From Eledone cirrhosa (taxonomy: Eukaryota), in NCBI GenBank assembly GCA_964016885.1, contig CAXHJY010000096.1, positions 2,852,001 through 2,916,000 of the forward strand: a stretch of 64,000 nt of DNA, in the 5' to 3' direction. Positions 56,101 through 64,000 of the stretch are shown in pieces; the stretch's first letter is position 1; each line of letters begins with the position of its first letter. The position numbers and the translations under genes are program-made. Under the pieces are notes generated by a model, which did not search any database, was not told where the DNA came from, and saw only the letters and a program-made list of their open reading frames with translations.

Positions 56101-59100
56101 TTTCAGCCGTCCAAGGGGAGATAATTTCCAGCCAGCGAAGGGGAGATAATTTTTTTTAAAAAATCATTGGGAGATTTGTAAAAAAAATCAGGGGGAGATA
56201 ATTTGTAAAAAAAATCAAGGGGAGATAATTTCCAGCCGTCCAAGGGGAGGTAATATCTAGCCGTCCAAGGGGAGATAATTTCCAGCCGTCCAAGGGGAGA
56301 TAATTTCCAGCCGTCCCAGGGTAGATAATATCCAGCCGCCCAAGGACATATTTTCCAGCCGTCCAAGGAGAGGTAATTTCTAGCCGTCCAAGGGGAGATA
56401 AATTCCAGCCTCCAAGGGGAGATAATTTCCAGCCAGCCAAGGGGAGATAATTTGTAAAAAAATCAGGGGGAGATAATTTGTAAAAAAAATCAGGGGGAGA
56501 TAATTTGTAAAAAAAAATCAGGGGGAGATAATTTGTAAAAAAAAATCAGGGGGAGATAATTTGCAAAAAAAATCAGGGGGAGATAATTTGTAAAAAAAAA
56601 TCAGGGGTAGATAATTTGTAAAAAAAAATCAGGGGGAGATAATTTGTAAAAAAAAATCAGGGGGAGATAATTTGTAAAAAAAATCAAGGGGAGATAATTT
56701 CCAGCCGTCCAAGGAGAGATAATTTTAAAAAAAATCAGGCGGAGATAATTTGTAAAAAAAAATCAGGGGGAGATAATTTGTAAAAAAAAAAGGGGGAGAT
56801 AATTTGTAAAAAAAAATCAGGGGTAGATAATTTGTAAAAAAAAATCAGGGGGAGATAATTTGTAAAAAAAAATCAGGGGGAGATAATTTGTAAAAAAAAT
56901 CAAGGGGAGATAATTTCCAGCCGTCCAAGGAGAGATAATTTTAAAAAAAATCAGGCGGAGATAATTTGTAAAAAAAAATTAGGGGGAGATAATTTGTAAA
57001 AAAAAATCAGGGGGAGATAATTTGTAAAAAAAATCAAGGGGAGATAATTTCCAGCCGTCCAAGGGGAGATAATTTTCAGCCGTCCAAGGGGAGATAATTT
57101 CCCGCCAGCCAAGGGAAGATAATATTCAAAAAAATCAGGCGGAGATAATTTGTAAAAAAAATCAGGGGGAGATAATTTGTAAAAAAATCAGGGGGAGATA
57201 ATTTGTAAAAAAAAAAATCAGGGGGAGATAATTTTTAAAAAAAATCAGGGGGAGATAATTTGTAAAAAAAATCAGGGGTAGATAATATGTAAAAAAAAAT
57301 CAGGGGGAGATAATTTGTAAAAAAAAATCAGGGGGAGATAATTTGTAAAAAAAATGAAAGGGGAGATAATATCCAGCCGTCCAAGGGGAGATAATTTCCA
57401 GCCGTCCAAGGGGAGATAATTTCCAGCCGTCCAAGGGGAGATAATTTCCATCCTTCCAAGGGGATATAATTTCCAGCCGTCCAAGGGGAGATAATTTCCA
57501 TCCTTCCAAGGGGATATAATTTCCAGCCGTCCAAGGGGAGATAATTTTCAGCCGTCCAAGGAGAGGTAATTTCTAGCCGTCCAAGGAGAGATAATTTCCA
57601 GCCGTCCAAGGGGAGATAATTTCCAGCCGTCCAAGGGGAGATAATTTCCAGCCGTCCAAGGAGACATATTTTCCAGCCGTCCAAGGAGAGGTAATTCCTA
57701 GCCGTCCAAGGGGAGATAAATTCCAGCCTCCAAGGGGAGATAATTTCCAGCCAGCCAAGGGGAGATAATTTGTAAAAAAAATCAGGGGGAGATAATTTGT
57801 AAAAAAAATCAGGGGGAGATAATTTGTAAAAAAAAATCAGGGGGAGATAATTTGTAAAAAATAATCAGGGGGAGATAATTTGTAAAAAAAATCAAGGGGA
57901 GATAATTTCCAGCCGTCCAAGGGGAGATAATTTTCAGCCGTCCAAGGGGAGATAATTTCCCGCCAGCCAAGGGAAGATAATATTTAAAAAAATTAGGCGG
58001 AGATAATTTGTAAAAAAAATCAGGGGGAGATAATTTGTAAAAAAATCAGGGGGAGATAATTTGTAAAAAAAATCAGGGGGAGATAATTTGTAAAAAAAAT
58101 CAGGGGGAGATAATTTGTAAAAAAAAATCAGGGGGAGATAATTTGTAAAAAAAATCAAGGGGAGATAATTTCCAGCCGTCCAAGGGAAGATAATTTCCAG
58201 CCCTCCAAGGGGCTATAATTTCCAGCGTCCAAGGGGAGATAATTTCCAGCCAGCGAAGGGGAGATAATTTTTTTTAAAAAATCATTGGGAGATTTGTAAA
58301 AAAAATCAGGGGGAGATAATTTGTAAAAAAAATCAAGGGGAGATAATTTCCAGCCGTCCAAGGGGAGGTAATATCTAGCCGTCCAAGGGGAGATAATTTC
58401 CAGCCGTCCAAGGGGAGATAATTTCCAGCCGTCCAAGGGTAGATAATATCCAGCCGTCCAAGGACATATTTTCCAGCCGTCCAAGGAGAGGTAATTTCTA
58501 GCCGTCCAAGGGGAGATAAATTCCAGCCTCCAAGGTGAGATAATTTCCAGCCAGCCAAGGGGAGATAATTTGTAAAAAAATCAGGGGGAGATAATTTGTA
58601 AAAAAAATCAGGGGGAGATAATTTGTAAAAAAAAATCAGGGGGAGATAATTTGTAAAAAAAATCAGGGGGAGATAATTTGTAAAAAAAAATCAGGGGGAG
58701 ATAATTTGTAAAAAAAATCAAGGGGAGATAATTTCCAGCCGTCCAAGGGGAGATAATTTCCCGCCAGCCAAGGGAAGATAATATTTAAAAAAATCAGGCG
58801 GAGATAATTTGTAAAAAAAATCAGGGGGAGATAATTTGTAAAAAAATCAGGGGGAGATAATTTGTAAAAAAAATCAGGGGGAGATAATTTGTAAAAAAAA
58901 ATCAGGGGTAGATAAATTGTAAAAAAAAATCAGGGGGAGATAATTTGTAAAAAAAATCAGGGGGAGATAATTTGTAAAAAAAATGAAAGGGGAGATAATA
59001 TCCAGCCGTCCAAGGGGAGATAATTTCCAGCCGTCCAAGGGGAGATAATTTCCAGCCGTCCAAGGGGAGATAATTTCCATCCTTCCAAGGGGATATAATT

Positions 59101-62100
59101 TCCAGCCGTCCAAGGGGAGATAATTTCCCGCCAGCCAAGGGAAGATAATTTTTAAAAAAATCAGGCGGAGATTGTAAAAAAAATCAGGGGGGAGATAATT
59201 TGTAAAAAAATCAGGGGGAGATAATTTGTAAAAAAAAATCAGGGGGAGATAATTTGTAAAAAATAATCAGGGGGAGATAATTTGTAAAAAAAAATCAAGG
59301 GGAGATAATTTCCAGCCGTCCAAGGGGAGATAATTTCCCGCCAGCCAAGGGAAGATAATATTTAAAAAAATTAGGCGGAGATAATTTGTAAAAAAAATCA
59401 GGGGGAGATAATTTGTAAAAAAATCAGGGGGAGATAATTTGTAAAAAAAATCAGGGGGAGATAATTTGTAAAAAAAATCATGGGGAGATAATTTGTAAAA
59501 AAAAATCAGGGGTAGATAATTTGTAAAAAAAAATCAGGGGGAGATAATTTGTAAAAAAAAATCAGGGGGAGATAATTTGTAAAAAAAATCAAGGGGAGAT
59601 AATTTCCAGCCGTCCAAGGGGAGATAATTTTCAGCTGTCCAAGGAGAGGTAATTTCTAGCCGTCCAAGGGGAGATAATTTCCAGCCGTCCAAGGGGAGGT
59701 AATTTCCAGCCGTCCAAGGGGAGATAATTTTAAAAAAAAAATCAGGCGGAGATAATTTGTAAAAAAAATCAAGGGGAGATAATTTGCAGCCGTCCAAGGG
59801 GAGATAATTTTCAGTCGTCCAAGGAGAGGTAATTTCTAGCCGTCCAAGGGGAGATAATTGCCAGCCGTCCAAGGGGAGATAATTTCCAGCCGTCCAAGGG
59901 GAGATAATTTTTTTTAAAAAATCAGGCGGAGATAATTTGTAAAAAAAATCAGGGGGAGATAATTTGTAAACAAAATCAGGGGGAGATAATTTGTAAAAAA
60001 AAATCAGGGGGAGATAATTTGTAAAAAAAATCATGGAGAGATAATTTCCAGCCGTCCAAGGTGAGATAATTTCCAGCCGTCCAAGGAGACATATTTTCCA
60101 GCCGTCCAAGGCGAGGTAATTTCTAGCCGTCCAAGGGGAGATAAATTCCAGCCTCCAAGGGGAGATAATTTCCAGCCAGCCAAGTGGAGATAATTTGTAA
60201 AAAAATCAGGGGGAGATAATTTGTAAAAAATATCAGGGAGATAATTTGTAAAAAAAAATCAGGGGGAGATAATTTGTAAAAAAAATCAGGGGGAGATAAT
60301 TTGTAAAAAAAAATCAGGGGGAGATAATTTGTAAAAAAAATCAAGGGGAGATAATTTCCAGCCGTCCAAGGGGAGATAATTTTCAGCCGTCCAAGGGGAG
60401 ATAATTTCCCGCCAGCCATGGGAAGATAATATTTAAAAAAATCAGGCGGAGATAATTTGTAAAAAAAATCAGGGGGAGATAATTTGTAAAAAAATCAGGG
60501 GGAGATAATTTGTAAAAAAAAATCAGGGGGAGATAATTTGTAAAAAAAATCAGGGGGAGATAATTTGTAAAAAAAAATCAGGGGTAGATAATTTGTAAAA
60601 AAAAATCAGGGGGAGATAATTTGTAAAAAAAAATCAGGGGGAGATAATTTGTAAAAAAATGAAAGGGGAGATAATATCCAGCCGTCCAAGGGGAGATAAT
60701 TTCCAGCCGTCCAAGGGGATATAATTTCCAGCCGTCCAAGGGGAGATAATTTCCATCCTTCCAAGGGGATATAATTTCCAGCCGTCCAAGGGGAGATAAT
60801 TTCCCGCCAGCCAAGGGAAGATAATTTTTGAAAAAATCAGGCGGAGATTGTAAAAAAAATCAGGGGGGAGATAATTTGTAAAAAAATCAGGAGGAGATAA
60901 TTTGTAAAAAATAATCAGGGGGAGATAATTTGTAAAAAAATTCAAGGGGAGATAATTTCCAGCCGTCCAAGGGGAGATAATTTCCCGCCAGCCAAGGGAA
61001 GATAATATTTAAAAAAATTAGGCGGAGATAATTTGTAAAAAAAATCAGGGGGAGATAATTTGTAATAAAATCAGGGGGAGATAATTTGTAAAAAAAATCA
61101 GGGGGAGATAATTTGTAAAAAAAATCATGGGGAGATAATTTGTAAAAAAAAATCAGGGGTAGATAATTTGTAAAAAAAAATCAGGGGGAGATAATTTGTA
61201 AAAAAAAATCAGGGGGAGATAATTTGTAAAAAAATCAAGGGGAGATAATATCCAGCCGTCCAAGGAGAGATAATTTTAAAAAAAAATGAGGCGGAGATAA
61301 TTTGTAAAAAAAAAATCAGGGGGAGTTAATTTGTAAAAAAAAATGAGGGGGAGATAATTTGTAAAAAAAATCAAGGGGAGATAATTTCCAGCCGTCCAAG
61401 GGGAGATAATTTTCAGCCGTCCAAGGAGAGGTAATTTCTAGCCGTCCAAGGGGAGATAATTTCCAGCCGTCCAAGGGGAGGTAATTTCCAGCCGTCCAAG
61501 GGGAGATAAATTAAAAAAAAATTCAGGCGGAGATAATTTGTAAAAAAAATCAAGGGGAGATAATTTGCAGCCGTCCAATGGGAGATAATTTTCAGTCGTC
61601 CAAGGAGAGGTAATTTCTAGCCGTCCAAGGGGAGATAATTTCCAGCCGTCCAAGGGGAGATAATTTCCAGCCGTCCAAGGGGAGATAATTTTTTTTTAAA
61701 AATCAGGCGGAGATAATTTGTAAAAAAAATCAGGGGGAGATAATTTGTAAACAAAATCAGGGGGAGATAATTTGTAAAAAAAAATCAGGGGGAGATAATT
61801 TGTAAAAAAAATTAGGCGTAGATAATTTGTAAAAAAATATCAGGGGGAGATAATTTGTAAAAAAAAATCAGGGGGAGATAATTTGTTTAAAAAATCAAGG
61901 GGAGATAATTTGCAGCCGTCCAAGGGGAGATAATTTTCAGCCGTCCAAGGAGAGGTAATTTCTAGCCGTTCAAGGGGAGATAATTTCCAGCCGTCCAAGG
62001 GGAGATAATTTCCAGCCGTCCAAGGGGAGATAATTTTTTTTAAAAAATCAGGCGGAGATAATTCGTAAAAAAAAATCAGGGGGAGATAATTTGTAAAAAA

Positions 62101-62130
62101 AAATCAGGGGGAGATAATTTGTAAAAAAAA
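48300..62130 (+). repeat. ~10.4-kb higher-order repeat offset
   Basis: Landmarks 48478/58874, 49138/59534 and 49727/60123 (10396). Private variants GCCATGGGAAG (~50020/60416) and CAGCTGTCC (49236/59632) are shared. Confidence 0.85.
52400..58680 (+). repeat. ~3.12-kb higher-order repeat, two tandem copies, homologous to 23.6-29.9 kb
   Basis: Landmarks 52981/56103 (3122), 54152/57272 and 55035/58155 (3120). Offset to the earlier pair: 24290/52981 and 25461/54152 (28,691). Confidence 0.88.
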
Positions 62131-64000
62131 TCAAGGGGAGATAATTTCCAGCCGTCCAAGGGGAGGTAATATCTAGCCGTCCAAGGGGAGATAATTTCCA
62201 GCCGTCCAAGGGGAGATAATTTCCAGCCGTCCAAGGGGAGATAATTTCCAGCCGTCCAAGGAGACATATTTTCCAGCCGTCCAAGGCGAGGTAATTTCTA
62301 GCCGTCCAAGGGGAGATAAATTCCAGCCTCCAAGGGGAGATAATTTCCAGCCAGCCAAGGGGAGATAATTTGTAAAAAAATCAGGGGGAGATAATTTGTA
62401 AAAAATATCAGGGAGATAATTTGTAAAAAAAAATCAGGGGGAGATAATTTGTAAAAAAAATCAGGGGGAGATAATTTGTAAAAAAAAATCAGGGGGAGAT
62501 AATTTGTAAAAAAAATCAAGGGGAGATAATTTCCAGCCGTCCAAGGGGAGATAATTTTCAGCCGTCCAAGGAGAGGTAATTTCTAGCCGTCCGAGGAGAG
62601 ATAATTTCCAGCCGTCCAAGGGGAGATAATTTCCAGCCGTCCAAGGGGAGATAATTTCCAGCCGTCCAAGGAGACATATTTTCCAGCCGTCCAAGGAGAG
62701 GTAATTTCTAGCCGTCCAAGGGGAGATAAATTCCAGCCTCCAAGGGGAGATAATTTCCAGCCAGCCAAGGGGAGATAATTTGTAAAAAAATCAGGGGGAG
62801 ATAATTTGCAAAAAAAATCAGGGGGAGATAATTTGTAAAAAAATCAGGGGGAGATAATTTGTAAAAAATAATCAGGGGGAGATAATTTCCAGCCGTCGAA
62901 GGGGAGATAATTTAAAAAAAAATCAGGCGGAGATAATTTGTAAAAAAAAATCAGGGGGAGATAATTTGTAAAAAAAAATCAGGGGGAGATAATTTGTAAA
63001 ATAAATCAAGGGGAGATAATTTCCAGCCGTCCAAGGGGAGATAATTTTCAGCCGTCCAAGGGGAGATAATTTCCCGCCAGCCAAGGGAAGATAATATTTA
63101 AAAAAATCAGGCGGAGATAATTTGTAAAAAAAATCAGGGGGAGATAATTTGTAAAAAAATCAGGGGGAGATAATTTGTAAAAAAAAATCAGGGGGCGATA
63201 ATTTGTAAAAAAAATCAGGGGGAGATAATTTGTAAAAAAAAATCAGGGGGAGATAATTTGTAAAAAAAAATCAGGGGGAGATAATTTGTAAAAAAAATGA
63301 AAGGGGAGATAATATCCAGCCGTCCAAGGGGAGATAATTTCCAGCCGTCCAAGGGGAGATAATTTCCAGCCGTCCAAGGGGAGATAATTTCCATCCTTCC
63401 AAGGGGATATAATTTCCAGCCGTCCAAGGGGAGATAATTTCCATCCTTCCAAGGGGATATAATTTCCAGCCGTCCAAGGGGAGATAATTTTCAGCCGTCC
63501 AAGGAGAGGTAATTTCTAGCCGTCCAAGGAGAGATAATTTCCAGCCGTCCAAGGGGAGATAATTTCCAGCCGTCCAAGGGGAGATAATTTCCAGCCGTCC
63601 AAGGAGACATATTTTCCAGCCGTCCAAGGAGAGGTAATTCCTAGCCGTCCAAGGGGAGATAAATTCCAGCCTCCAAGGGGAGATAATTTCCAGCCAGCCA
63701 AGGGGAGATCATTTGTAAAAAAAATCAGGGGGAGATAATTTGTAAAAAAAATCAGGGGGAGATAATTTGTAAAAAAAAATCAGAGGGAGATAATTTGTAA
63801 AAAATAATCAGGGGGAGATAATTTGTAAAAAAAATCAAGGGGAGATAATTTCCAGCCGTCCAAGGGGAGATAATTTTCAGCCGTCCAAGGGGAGATAATT
63901 TCCCGCCAGCCAAGGGAAGATAATATTTAAAAAAATTAGGCGGAGATAATTTGTAAAAAAAATCAGGGGGAGATAATTTGTAAAAAAATCAGGGGGAGAT

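Larger units (their letters stand above)
1..64000 (+). repeat. Composite two-monomer tandem satellite array (25-bp A plus 27/28-bp B), extending beyond both window edges
   Basis: GGGGAGATAATTT or a close variant recurs every 23-30 bp throughout. It is followed by either CCAGCCGTCCAA (A) or GT(A)nTCAG (B). No unique sequence and no change of orientation seen. Confidence 0.99.

Noticed and set aside
1203-63701. All minus-strand ORFs in the track (KLSPLGRLEIISPWTAGNYLPLDGW, KLSPPDFFY and NYLPLIFFT repeats)
   Set aside because: The reverse complement of consensus A has no stop in any frame and B has one TGA, while the + strand has TAA in nearly every monomer. ORFs overlap in several frames, mostly start at TTG or CTG, are under 210 aa, and shift frame with 23/24/25/26/28-bp units. 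There is no sign of coding constraint.
1-64000. CRISPR-like repeat-spacer reading (constant core plus variable insert)
   Set aside because: The repeat is only 13 bp, the inserts are 12-15 bp and of two recurring types rather than unique spacers, and no leader or cas genes are present.
1-64000. GGAG/GGAGG Shine-Dalgarno-like, -10-like GATAAT, and terminator-like T-run motifs
   Set aside because: These are incidental parts of the monomer. There are no downstream + strand ORFs and no GC-rich hairpins before the T runs.
1-64000. Assignment to a known satellite family, species or functional centromere
   Set aside because: I do not recognise the consensus, saw no CENP-B box or canonical telomere repeat, and have no flanking unique sequence or chromatin data.
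1-64000. Pure sequencing artefact or synthetic concatemer
   Set aside because: Hierarchically shared point variants and conserved homopolymer lengths across distant copies indicate a real evolutionary history. Individual large duplications could still be misassembled.
1-64000. NF-kB, EBF or NR5A binding-site resemblance in monomer A (GGGG..TTTCC, TCCAAGGGGA, CCAAGG)
   Set aside because: Spacing or key bases do not match the respective consensus sequences, and partial matches are expected by chance.

Overview
The whole 64 kb window is one uninterrupted, single-orientation tandem satellite array of roughly 2,400 monomers (64,000 / ~26 bp, an estimate). It contains no recognisable gene, RNA gene, transposon or unique sequence. 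Two monomers are interleaved and share a 13-bp core, GGGGAGATAATTT: type A, CCAGCCGTCCAA-core (25 bp, 52% GC), and type B, GT(A)7-11TCAG-core (mostly 27-28 bp, ~30% GC, ~74% purine on +). A and B occur in alternating tracts joined by stereotyped junction monomers. The tracts form cassettes, and the cassettes form irregular nested higher-order repeats with offsets of about 0.5, 0.74, 2.0, 3.0-3.1, 4.1, 7.0, 9.0, 10.4, 11.0 and 27-29 kb. All listed ORFs are artefacts of the repeat's stop-poor minus strand. The most notable signals are the two-letter A/B grammar, a sliding T(n)A(m) junction that keeps constant total length, A-tract lengths inherited between distant copies, and two variant lineages arranged flank-centre-flank. 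The architecture looks like eukaryotic heterochromatic, centromeric or subtelomeric satellite, but organism and function cannot be determined from this sequence. Coordinates were read by eye and breakpoints are approximate.
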